From Candidatus Poribacteria bacterium (GTDB lineage Bacteria; Poribacteria; WGA-4E; UBA9662): 64,000 nt of DNA. A model generated the notes under the pieces. It was not told the DNA's origin. It did not search any database and was given only the letters and a program-made list of their open reading frames with translations. Of this stretch, positions 10,866-19,644 are shown piece by piece. The translations under genes and the position numbers were made by a program. The stretch covers positions 98,493 to 162,492 of the forward strand of contig JAYGDX010000280.1 in NCBI GenBank assembly GCA_046582655.1, given 5' to 3'. Positions within the stretch are counted from its first letter, which is position 1. Each line of letters starts with the position of its first letter.

Positions 10866-11206
10866 ATGATTGATGAAACTCTCTTTAAAGAGAATCTGGA
10901 ATATCTCAACCTTCACGGTTTTTTGCTAATTAAAAATGCTTTGGGTGATGAAACTGTCGCTTTATGGCAAGGTATCCTCTACTCCATGTATGAAAAAAAT
11001 GAAAGATCAACTCGATAATTTGGGGAAGCTCTCGTCGTCAGGACTACGTCGCAACAGTGTAGGTAACGTAGCATGCGATAAATTGCTGGCCCTTGAACCC
11101 GAAGGATCACGAAATCTGATTGCCCAGCAAGGCGTGATCCCTACTTAAATCTGTACTAGGAAACCAATGTCAATTACGGAGTATAAGAGCAGACCTTAAC
11201 CCACAT
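10866..11206 (+). pseudogene. Degraded, truncated PhyH paralog of the array subfamily
   Basis: MIDETL...HGFLLIKNALG, then after shifts NSVGNVACDKLL and LGNQCQLRSIRADLNP, matching NSVGNMWFDTLL and MGKQCQLRSFRAHINP of the neighbours; breaks off before HxD. Confidence 0.8.
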
Positions 11207-11684
11207 AATCCAGAGAGACTTTATATACGTACATTAGTAAGTCTAAGGTGTTAGTAAGAAGGAGAAGGGTAAGTGTTTAGTTTGGATTGATTCTAGTGCA
11301 GATAGTGTAGAAGTAAGACTATCAAAGTCAAAGACTATCTCCTGTTGCACATGATTCTGATAGTAGCATTTTTATCATGCATCATATATTGTATATCTGG
11401 TGTAGCATACTTGCAAACAAAAATATATGTTTAGATGATAGGAAGTCAAAGAAGACAGCTAAATTTCACCTCAAGCCACCTAATAATTTATTTTTTGAAG
11501 AAATTCAATGGAACATATGGTAAGATCGATAAAATCTAATATGGCATTGATAGAAGTAACCTGACTTAATACCCGATAGGGTCTCTGTTTCCAGTTGATC
11601 AAAATATCACTTGGCCAAGCGTTAACGCACCAAAAATTTCTTTGTTATGAACTTAATTTCAATTTGCTGTTTAAAAATTAAATA

Positions 11685-12434
11685 TTGAAGGAGAATACAG
11701 TGGATAATGTCAATGATGTAGAAAAAAAACTCGATCAACTCGATCGGGATGGCTATCTTCTGATAAAAGGAGCACTTACGCCGGAGGAAACGGAACATGT
11801 ACGCCAACGTATCAATTACGCACGCCAGCAAGGTTGGGAAGAAGGTCTCAATTCAGTTGGTAACATGTGGTTTGATACCTTACTGGATCGAGAACCGGAA
11901 ACCTATCAACCGCTGGTAGGTCATCCTAGCGTACGTCCATACCTTGAAGGCATGATGGGAAAACAATGCCAGTTACGCAGTTTTCGAGCCCACATTAACC
12001 CCGGACCCTATCTTCAAGAATGGCACCTTGACTTCTATGGATATTGGCATGAAAAGCGAGAGGCGGGAAAACACCGTTATGCTGTCTCTACTTTCAGTTT
12101 TAACAGTACTTTTTACTTTCAAGATAATGACCCTGGGTCAGGCCATCTGAAGTTTGTTAAAGGTGGCCATTTGTCTGAGCCTGAACATCTCTACCCGTTG
12201 GATCGGCCGAAATTTGAAGCTTGGTGTGAAGCTCAGGAACACGATGTTCTTCACCCCAAGGCGGGGGATTGCGTTATATTCATCAACCATATGCCGCATC
12301 AGGGCGCCAAGGAGAAAGACGATATGGAACGTAGTAACGTTGTTTGCCATTATCAAGTAACACCAATGCATGACGACGTGAGTTATGTCTCAAGGCCAAG
12401 AGGTTATGTTGGAACTTTCCCCTTTGTTGACTAA
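11685..12434 (+). CDS. PhyH-family dioxygenase, array copy 2 (probable start GTG 11700)
   Basis: Near-identical to the 8567 copy; WHLD...PHQG. Confidence 0.88.
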   Translation: MKENTVDNVNDVEKKLDQLDRDGYLLIKGALTPEETEHVRQRINYARQQGWEEGLNSVGNMWFDTLLDREPETYQPLVGHPSVRPYLEGMMGKQCQLRSFRAHINPGPYLQEWHLDFYGYWHEKREAGKHRYAVSTFSFNSTFYFQDNDPGSGHLKFVKGGHLSEPEHLYPLDRPKFEAWCEAQEHDVLHPKAGDCVIFINHMPHQGAKEKDDMERSNVVCHYQVTPMHDDVSYVSRPRGYVGTFPFVD

Positions 12435-12466
12435 TCAACACATATTCGTATAATCCATATACATAA

Positions 12467-13495
12467 ATGGAATCTAACCAAACCAAAAGGAGATCAAACG
12501 TGATTCGTTTACTAGTTTTTTTAATGTCGCTGGGACTAGGTTTCATCGGTTGTGGAGGTGATGAACCTGAACCCACGACAAGCAAAGCAAAATCAACATT
12601 AGGAGTTGTTAAACCAAGTGCTACTGAACCAGCGGGCGAGGTCGCAGGAAAAGAAGAAGTTGAAGAAGTTGAAGAAGTTGCTGGAGAACCCAGAAAAGAA
12701 ATAGTCTGGCAGAAAGATGGCTCCAAGATGGTATTGATTCCCGCCGGTAGTTTTGAAATGGGGGATAGTCTAAATGAAGGAGAGAAAGAGGAACAACCAG
12801 TACACAAAGTAGAATTGGATGCTTTCTACATGGATGTTCACGAAATAACCATACAACAATGGAGAAAATTTAAGGGTGGGAAACCAATGGAAGCTTGGGC
12901 CAAGGCTGCTTCTCCCGGCAATAAACACCCAGTAATAGGGCTTAAATGGGAAGACGCAGCTCTGTACGCAAAATCAATGGGGAAGAGGCTCCCAACCGAA
13001 GCAGAATGGGAATATGCAGCGCGTGGTGGTTTAGTTGGTAAACGGTTTCCATGGGGCGATGAAGGCTTGGATGATGAGGCTGTCCCCAGAGAACATGCCA
13101 ATTTCGACGGAAAAGGGGGCAAAGATAAATGGGGTGACAAGACAGCACCCGTTGGCAGTTTCCCACCCAACGGTTATGGACTCCACGACATGGCCGGTAA
13201 CGCATTTGAATGGACAAACGACTGGTTCAAATATAAATACTATGGAAAGTCTCCCAGAAAAAACCCAACAGGACCAAAAGACGGAGATGAGGTAAACGGT
13301 CCTAAAAAGGAACATGTCATACGAGGAGGCGCTGCCTCCCTCAATTCGTGGGCCTTACGTGTGGCTAAACGCACTACTATTGCTAATGATACTTTCCATA
13401 AAGTTGCGTGGATCGGATTTCGTTGCGTAGTGGACGTTAACAACCGAGGGAAACCACAACTTAATCCTCCCCAAAAGAGATGGGATGTGAAGTAG
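12467..13495 (+). CDS. FGE-sulfatase domain lipoprotein (probable start GTG 12500)
   Basis: AGGAGA RBS before GTG; lipobox FIGC; acidic linker; RLPTEAEWEYAARGG, GLHDMAGN, RGGA...GFRC. Confidence 0.88.
   Translation: MESNQTKRRSNVIRLLVFLMSLGLGFIGCGGDEPEPTTSKAKSTLGVVKPSATEPAGEVAGKEEVEEVEEVAGEPRKEIVWQKDGSKMVLIPAGSFEMGDSLNEGEKEEQPVHKVELDAFYMDVHEITIQQWRKFKGGKPMEAWAKAASPGNKHPVIGLKWEDAALYAKSMGKRLPTEAEWEYAARGGLVGKRFPWGDEGLDDEAVPREHANFDGKGGKDKWGDKTAPVGSFPPNGYGLHDMAGNAFEWTNDWFKYKYYGKSPRKNPTGPKDGDEVNGPKKEHVIRGGAASLNSWALRVAKRTTIANDTFHKVAWIGFRCVVDVNNRGKPQLNPPQKRWDVK
12653..12679 (+). repeat. In-frame tandem repeat (GAAGAAGTT)x3 encoding EEV x3
   Basis: Read directly; lies in the lipoprotein linker. Confidence 0.8.
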
Positions 13496-13584
13496 TCCGC
13501 TCATTTGTTGAAACGATTCGATGATACTGGGGTTGGGGGTAAACATAACGCGCATCAACCCCAAATTGTCTTAAGGGGGATAAA

Positions 13585-14313
13585 GTGAACAATGACGTAG
13601 ACGACAAACTCGACAAACTCGATCGAGATGGCTATCTTCTAGTAGAAGGAGCACTTACAGCTGACGAAACGGAACATATTCGTCAACGTATCAACTATGC
13701 CCGCCAACAAGGTTGGGATGATGGGTTAAATGCAGTTGGTAACATGAAGTTCGACACGCTACTGGATCGAGAACCGGAAACCTATCAGCCACTAGTAGGC
13801 CATCCAAACGTGCGTCCATACCTTGAAGGCATGATGGGCAAACAATGCCAGTTGCGCAGCTTTCGGGCCCATATCAATCCCGGACCATACCTACAAGAAT
13901 GGCATCTTGATTTCTATGGTTATTGGCATGAAAAGCGAGAAGCGGAAAAACACCGTTATGCTGTTTCTACCGTCAGTTTTAATAGCACTTTTTATTTCCA
14001 AGATAATGCTCCCGGGTTAGGTCATCTAAAATTCGTCAAAGGCGGACACTTGTCTGAACCCAAGCATCTTTACCCGTTGGATCGGCCAAAATTTGAAGCT
14101 TGGTGTGAAGCCCAAGAACATGATGTTCTACATCCCAACGCTGGGGATTGTGTTATATTCATCAACCACATGCCACACCAAGGGGCCAAAGATGATGACG
14201 ATATGGAACGTAGCAACGTCGTTTGCCATTATCAGGTAACGCCAATGCACGATGCGGTACATTACGTCTCAAGTCCAAGAGGTTATGTCGGAACTTTCCC
14301 CTTTGTTAACTGA
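13585..14313 (+). CDS. PhyH-family dioxygenase, array copy 3
   Basis: Close paralog of 8567 and 11685. Confidence 0.88.
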   Translation: MNNDVDDKLDKLDRDGYLLVEGALTADETEHIRQRINYARQQGWDDGLNAVGNMKFDTLLDREPETYQPLVGHPNVRPYLEGMMGKQCQLRSFRAHINPGPYLQEWHLDFYGYWHEKREAEKHRYAVSTVSFNSTFYFQDNAPGLGHLKFVKGGHLSEPKHLYPLDRPKFEAWCEAQEHDVLHPNAGDCVIFINHMPHQGAKDDDDMERSNVVCHYQVTPMHDAVHYVSSPRGYVGTFPFVN

Positions 14314-14393
14314 CAACCCCAATTTTGGGTAAACCTACCTATAGCCCTGTTGGAAATCAGTCCAATAGTTCAGTGAACTGATTCCTAATTCCA

Positions 14394-15881
14394 ATGGACT
14401 TCAAAACGCAAACTACAGAGAACAAAATTCACTATTCCAAATCAGCTTGCATTGTCTTTCTGTTCAGTGTTGTCTTCACCTTAGTATTGGCAGAAAACCA
14501 GAACCGTCAAACTCTAAAAACAGGCCTAGAAGCCGTTAACCAAGGTAACATCAAAAAAGCAATTCGTATCTTCCAACAAGCCATAAGAGAAAATCCGCGG
14601 GACCAATATGCCTACTATTACCTCAACAAATCCTATCAGGAAATCGGGAATTTGGCCAAAGCATTGAAAGCCTGCCGGAATGCCCTGAAAATAAATCCCA
14701 ACTTTGCCCAAGCATACAATGACCTGGGAAGTATCGCTCATCAACAAGGGAACCTCGCTGATGCTACCCATGCTTATCGAAAATCCATAGAGCTAGAACC
14801 ATCTGTAGCGCTATATCACTATAATCTGGGCACAGTGTACCATACACTTGGCAGGTTGACGGACGCCATAGCCGAATACCATACAACTCTAGATCTAGAT
14901 CATAGTTTCACTCCAGCCTACCACAATCTGGGCGCAGTATATCAAAAACAGGGAAAGGTTCATGAAGCCATCGAAATTTATGAAAAAGCTCTACATTATG
15001 AACCTGAACAGATACATACACAAAAAAGTTTGGCAGAAGTCGAAGTTGATCGCGTTAAATTGTTTAATCAGGTTATTCTGAGAAGCCAAACGGCCATTTC
15101 AATGCAACCAGACTCCGCAGAAAATTACCGCAAACTGGGGTTAGCTTATTATCACAGCGGTCATTGGAATCAGGCGATTGAAATGTTGAAGATCGCCCTC
15201 CAACTCGAACCCAATTCTGCCAAACGACAAGCTGACCTATCAAAAGTAAAGCTTCAGCTTGATCGGCACTTGAACCAAGAATTGGAAACCTGTTATAAGT
15301 CACCTCAAAATGCAGAAATCTATCACCGAATTGGACAAATACAATTAATGAAAGGTGAATTTCAGAACGCTGAACACAGTTTTCGCCAATCGTTAAAATT
15401 GCTATCTAACAACACTATCGTACACTTGAGCTTGGGTGAAACTTTATATAAACAGAATAAGTTAGAGGACGCAAACGAAGCTTACAGCAAAGTGATTACA
15501 CAACAACCAGCTAACATGGAAGCACATCAAAAACTGGGCGTGATCGCGCAACGATCAAAACACTGGGACCGTGCCATAAAGCATTTGGAAATCTCGAATT
15601 CACTTGATCAAAATAATCCGTTGACACATCATTACCTTGGTTTGGCTTATCACGGCAAAGGCAACTTAGCCCAAGCAATCACAGCATATCAAATGTCTAT
15701 CAGGTTTAAACCTGACCTGGTAACTGCTTATTCAGATCTCGGTGACGCTTATACAGAAATCGGTAAGTCCGAAATTGGCCATATGTTTTATCAAAAATTC
15801 ATAAATTTAGCAAAATACCACCAAAACTTGAAAGGTTCAGTAGAAGAAACAAGAAGTAAGGTCCTAAAACTTGAATATTAA
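14394..15881 (+). CDS. Tetratricopeptide repeat protein with N-terminal signal/anchor
   Basis: Repeated AYxxLG...A...Y..AL...P units. Confidence 0.88.
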   Translation: MDFKTQTTENKIHYSKSACIVFLFSVVFTLVLAENQNRQTLKTGLEAVNQGNIKKAIRIFQQAIRENPRDQYAYYYLNKSYQEIGNLAKALKACRNALKINPNFAQAYNDLGSIAHQQGNLADATHAYRKSIELEPSVALYHYNLGTVYHTLGRLTDAIAEYHTTLDLDHSFTPAYHNLGAVYQKQGKVHEAIEIYEKALHYEPEQIHTQKSLAEVEVDRVKLFNQVILRSQTAISMQPDSAENYRKLGLAYYHSGHWNQAIEMLKIALQLEPNSAKRQADLSKVKLQLDRHLNQELETCYKSPQNAEIYHRIGQIQLMKGEFQNAEHSFRQSLKLLSNNTIVHLSLGETLYKQNKLEDANEAYSKVITQQPANMEAHQKLGVIAQRSKHWDRAIKHLEISNSLDQNNPLTHHYLGLAYHGKGNLAQAITAYQMSIRFKPDLVTAYSDLGDAYTEIGKSEIGHMFYQKFINLAKYHQNLKGSVEETRSKVLKLEY

Positions 15882-15987
15882 CTTAGTCAATATTATACTG
15901 TAGCCTAAATATAACTATCAGATAAACCAATCTTAAAACATCACAATCACATTTAGTTTTTCACATAATCATTTTAAGGAGAAACAA

Positions 15988-16794
15988 ATGATTTGTAGCT
16001 CATTGAAAAAGATTGCTTGCATAGCAATAATTGTTTGCATGACGTGTGTTCTTACAAGTTTCGTAGAAGCCCAGATGGTTGAAGATGGATTAGTTTCCTA
16101 CTGGCCACTGGACGAAATCCAAGCGGGTAAGAAAGTTCCAGATGCAGTCGGAGACAATCATGGTGAACTCGCAGGCGAAAGTAAGATGAAAATAGTTGCG
16201 GGTAAAGTCGGGGGTGCTGGCAAATTTGACGGAGTGGCTACTGTGCATATACCTGGCACCAAAACACTAGCATTTAATGGAAAAGATGAAATGACAGTTT
16301 CAGCTTGGGTGAATGCCAAAAATGATGAACCTGTCAAAGGGGTTGTTGCCGGATGTTGTGGTACCATCGTTGCCCAAAGAGATATCAACGGTTGGGCTCT
16401 AAGGTTTGATGGTAGAAATGGCGGCAAAGAAATGGAATTCATTGCTTGTCCTGGTTGGAATGGTGATGGCGGTTTCGGGTTTCCCAAACTTAAACCTGGA
16501 CAATGGCATTATCTTACGGGAGTCATTAATAAAAAAAAGCAACTACTCTACCTCGATGGTAAAGGGGAGTTGGAGATGGGACGTCCTGGACCTCTCCAAA
16601 CTAACGGTGGCACTGAGACAGAAATAGGCCATGCTGGGGATGGTGGTTTTGTTGGTTTGATTGACGAAGTTACTATTTATAATAGGGCACTATCTCAAAA
16701 AGAAATTCAACAAAACTTTGAAGCCAAAGGAATGGCAGTCAACCCTACAAAGAAACTAACCACCTATTGGGCAGAAGTAAAAGTTTACAGATAA
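15988..16794 (+). CDS. Secreted LamG-like jellyroll protein with C-terminal K-x4-W-x3-K tail
   Basis: Signal peptide; GLVSYWPLD, WHYLTGV, LYLDG, GLIDEVTIYNRALS; ends AVNPTKKLTTYWAEVKVYR. Confidence 0.85.
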   Translation: MICSSLKKIACIAIIVCMTCVLTSFVEAQMVEDGLVSYWPLDEIQAGKKVPDAVGDNHGELAGESKMKIVAGKVGGAGKFDGVATVHIPGTKTLAFNGKDEMTVSAWVNAKNDEPVKGVVAGCCGTIVAQRDINGWALRFDGRNGGKEMEFIACPGWNGDGGFGFPKLKPGQWHYLTGVINKKKQLLYLDGKGELEMGRPGPLQTNGGTETEIGHAGDGGFVGLIDEVTIYNRALSQKEIQQNFEAKGMAVNPTKKLTTYWAEVKVYR

Positions 16795-16907
16795 AGCGGA
16801 AGCCATAAATATCATATATTTCAAACCAGGCTTAATTTATTGGTTGGTATGTACAAGAAATTGTATTATAATATTCAGTACACTGTGACAAATAACTAAA
16901 TTCCGAA

Positions 16908-17684
16908 GTGGAGGTGCTTTGTAAGATGATTTACAATGCAAAAAATGTTTTTGCGTTCGTTTTGATAGTCCTATGTTTAATTGTAACGTCCCAAATTTCT
17001 CAGGCGAAAATCTTGTTTGAAGAAGATTTTGAAGGGGGAAAATTAGACGAAAAGAAATGGTTTCCTAAACCTGAATGGAAGATCATGAAACCGGAGGAGA
17101 AAATAGCTGCACTAGGAAACGGTATCATGGACACGGCAGGAGGCCAAGCTAACATCTCCAGAGACGATAGCTTTAAAGACTTTGTTTTTGAAGCTGACTT
17201 CAATGCCAAACAAGGAGGAAAAATCACCGGTTTTGTCTTTGCGGCGCAGGACGTTGCTGACAATTTTTATATGCACCAAATTTCGGCTACCGGTTCTGGA
17301 CATACACCCAACAACCTACGCTGGCATATTAGGTTAAAAGGTGCCTGGCAAGTCTTCCCAGAAGAGTTTCTCGGCGGGGAAGAAGTAGCGCCTGAAGTAT
17401 GGTATCGATCCAGATGGCTCGTCAACAACTTTAACACTAAAGTATGGGTCTTAGAATCAGAAGATTTCTGGAAAGATCCACGTGGCGCCAAAATGAGAAA
17501 GATCGCTGATTGGACTGATAAGTCCAGACAATTCCGTTCAGGTGCTATTGGTTTCAGAGCATCAGGTGGTGAGCATATGCGATATGATAACGTCCTCGTG
17601 TATGATATTGGTGACGATCCATTTGCCGTCAAACCATCAGGTAAAGTCACTACAGTGTGGGGTAGATTAAAAGTTCTCGATTAA
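16908..17684 (+). CDS. Secreted DUF1080/ConA-like protein with C-terminal tail (probable start ATG 16926)
   Basis: Signal peptide; LFEEDFE, FKDFVFEADF, GAIGFR...YDNVLV; ends AVKPSGKVTTVWGRLKVLD. Confidence 0.7.
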   Translation: MEVLCKMIYNAKNVFAFVLIVLCLIVTSQISQAKILFEEDFEGGKLDEKKWFPKPEWKIMKPEEKIAALGNGIMDTAGGQANISRDDSFKDFVFEADFNAKQGGKITGFVFAAQDVADNFYMHQISATGSGHTPNNLRWHIRLKGAWQVFPEEFLGGEEVAPEVWYRSRWLVNNFNTKVWVLESEDFWKDPRGAKMRKIADWTDKSRQFRSGAIGFRASGGEHMRYDNVLVYDIGDDPFAVKPSGKVTTVWGRLKVLD

Positions 17685-17701
17685 GTTCGTTCTACCATAG
17701 C

Positions 17702-17740
17702 TTTAAGGGAGTTCTTTGAAGTTTACTGAACTCCCTTAAA
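17702..17740 (+). terminator. 13-bp perfect hairpin (terminator or RNA-stabilising element)
   Basis: TTTAAGGGAGTTC / GAACTCCCTTAAA. Confidence 0.6.
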
Positions 17741-17777
17741 ATTATAAAATATAAAAAAATAAAGGGAGTATTATTCA

Positions 17778-18527
17778 ATGTTGAAAAAAATTAGCATACT
17801 CGTCGCTTTGTTTGCTTTCCTCAGTGTCACTGCTAGCTATGCAGCGGTTCTATTGAAAGACGACTTCGAAGGCGGGAAATTAGATGAATCCAAATGGCTT
17901 CCCAAGAAAGAATGGAAAATCATTAAACCACAAGTAAAACTAAAAGCTTTGGGAAATGGTATTGTTGACATTGACGGTGGTCAAGCGAATTTCAGCCAGA
18001 AAAAGGATTTCAAAAATTTTGTTTTTGAAGCTGATTTTCTCGCTAGAGCTAAGGGGAAAATCACCGGTTTCGTTTTTGGTGGGCAGGACATAAACGATAA
18101 TTTTTATATGCACCAAATTTCCTGTGACGGTTCCGGACACACACCTAATAACGTCCGCTGGCATACTAGAACCAAAGGTTGGGCAGTTGATCCTAAACCT
18201 TTCCTTGGCGGGCTAAAAGTAAAGCCTGAAGTATGGTATCGATCCAAGTGGATTGTCAAAGATACTAATTTCAAGGTCTGGATCTTAGAATCAGAAGAGT
18301 TTTGGAAGGATCCTTCGGGAGCAGCAATGAGAAAGATCGGGGATTGGACCGATCCAAAGAAGTCATACCCAACTGGAGCTGTGGGCTTCAGATCATCAGG
18401 TGGCGAACAAATGCGGTATGACAATGTGCTCGTTTATGATATTGGTGATAATCCACATAAAGGTGGAACGGCTGTACAAGCACAAGGTAAGTTAGCAGCC
18501 AGTTGGGCAGATTTGAAAACCAGATAA
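17778..18527 (+). CDS. Secreted DUF1080/ConA-like protein, tandem paralog of 16908
   Basis: Shares DNFYMHQIS..GSGHTPNN and PEVWYRS.W; ends AVQAQGKLAASWADLKTR. Confidence 0.7.
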   Translation: MLKKISILVALFAFLSVTASYAAVLLKDDFEGGKLDESKWLPKKEWKIIKPQVKLKALGNGIVDIDGGQANFSQKKDFKNFVFEADFLARAKGKITGFVFGGQDINDNFYMHQISCDGSGHTPNNVRWHTRTKGWAVDPKPFLGGLKVKPEVWYRSKWIVKDTNFKVWILESEEFWKDPSGAAMRKIGDWTDPKKSYPTGAVGFRSSGGEQMRYDNVLVYDIGDNPHKGGTAVQAQGKLAASWADLKTR

Positions 18528-18539
18528 GCTTAACATTCA

Positions 18540-18590
18540 TTGTTAATGAAAAAAGGGGGGAATAAAACTGTCCCCCTTTTTCATTAACAA
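18540..18590. terminator. Bidirectional intrinsic terminator between convergent genes
   Basis: TTGTTAATGAAAAAAGGGGG ... CCCCCTTTTTCATTAACAA: GC core with A/T tails on both sides. Confidence 0.8.
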
Positions 18591-18645
18591 CTCAGAGCAA
18601 AAACTCCATTCTAGAAAACCATCCCGTCTACAACAGACATACCCC

Positions 18646-19632
18646 TCAGTCCCAACTCTGGTTGACGATATCAACAATTTCTCCTGTTTTATCATCAACA
18701 ATTACAGTCACCAAGTTTCCCCAGCCATGGTTGCAGAAACTAACCGTCCAAGCAAATCCTTGGAACCACGGGTACGCTCTAACCCCTTGATGGGATGCTA
18801 AGATTGACTTCACAGACACACACGACTTCGCTATGTTGGTCGCCTGATAACTTGTTAACCTTGTTCTCACCTTCGGCACCTTGACGTTCCACACTGCGAC
18901 TTCTGATGGTCGAATCCTACTTCCCTTTCTTGCCAGCTGACGCAACAAAATCGCGCGTCGGAGATGAACATCATGAACATTCTCATATTGCGAAATCAGC
19001 AACCTATAAACGTCTAATCTATGCCCTTTTACCAACTGACGTTTGAAATAAGCAATTGTTATTTTGAGGTATAGATCCGCACACATCTCTGCCGAATCCG
19101 CTTCAAGATTCAGAGCAGCCGCATAATGACCTTTCTGAAGAAGTAGGTGCTGCCGCTTTCCAAAGAGATCCACATAGAGACCAAAATTATAAAACCGATT
19201 CGGATAATAAGAAACCCATTCCTCAATAAATTGGTCAATTTTGGTTTGTTCAGAGACAATCACCGCTTGGGCTGTCACTGGTTTTTTCCAGCATAGCCGA
19301 GCAGATCTAAGATATTGTTCACGCTGCTTATCAATCTGAGCAAGCTCTTCAGTACCCGATTCAGCTAGCTTATCCATTCCATAACGCTGGTAATACTTAA
19401 TTGTAATCTCCATCATTGGCCTAGAAATGATCTTCAGGCAATTGGCCGCCGCTTCATACCATAAAGCCGCCCTACCATAATCACCATCTCTTTCGTAACA
19501 CATGATCATGGTCTTGGTATCTACTGCACCTCGACGGACAGCATCAGACAATTGAATACTAAGAAGGTGCAAGACTAAACTTAGAAGACACGTGATAGAA
19601 ATAGAGGAAAACCTATAATTTGAAATAGACAT
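18646..19632 (-). CDS. Hypothetical exported helical protein with PepSY-like C-terminal element
   Basis: 328-aa ORF with signal-like N-terminus, 12 bp downstream of ppx; C-terminal WTVSF...VIVDDKTGEIV. Confidence 0.6.
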   Translation of the reverse strand: MSISNYRFSSISITCLLSLVLHLLSIQLSDAVRRGAVDTKTMIMCYERDGDYGRAALWYEAAANCLKIISRPMMEITIKYYQRYGMDKLAESGTEELAQIDKQREQYLRSARLCWKKPVTAQAVIVSEQTKIDQFIEEWVSYYPNRFYNFGLYVDLFGKRQHLLLQKGHYAAALNLEADSAEMCADLYLKITIAYFKRQLVKGHRLDVYRLLISQYENVHDVHLRRAILLRQLARKGSRIRPSEVAVWNVKVPKVRTRLTSYQATNIAKSCVSVKSILASHQGVRAYPWFQGFAWTVSFCNHGWGNLVTVIVDDKTGEIVDIVNQSWD

Positions 19633-19644
19633 CGTACTTTTCTC

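Noticed and set aside
11210..11620. AT-rich stretch with short direct repeats (TTAGTAAG x2, AAGACTATC x2) as a CRISPR or iteron array
   Set aside because: The repeats are 8-9 nt, occur only twice and are irregularly spaced; no cas or rep gene is nearby.
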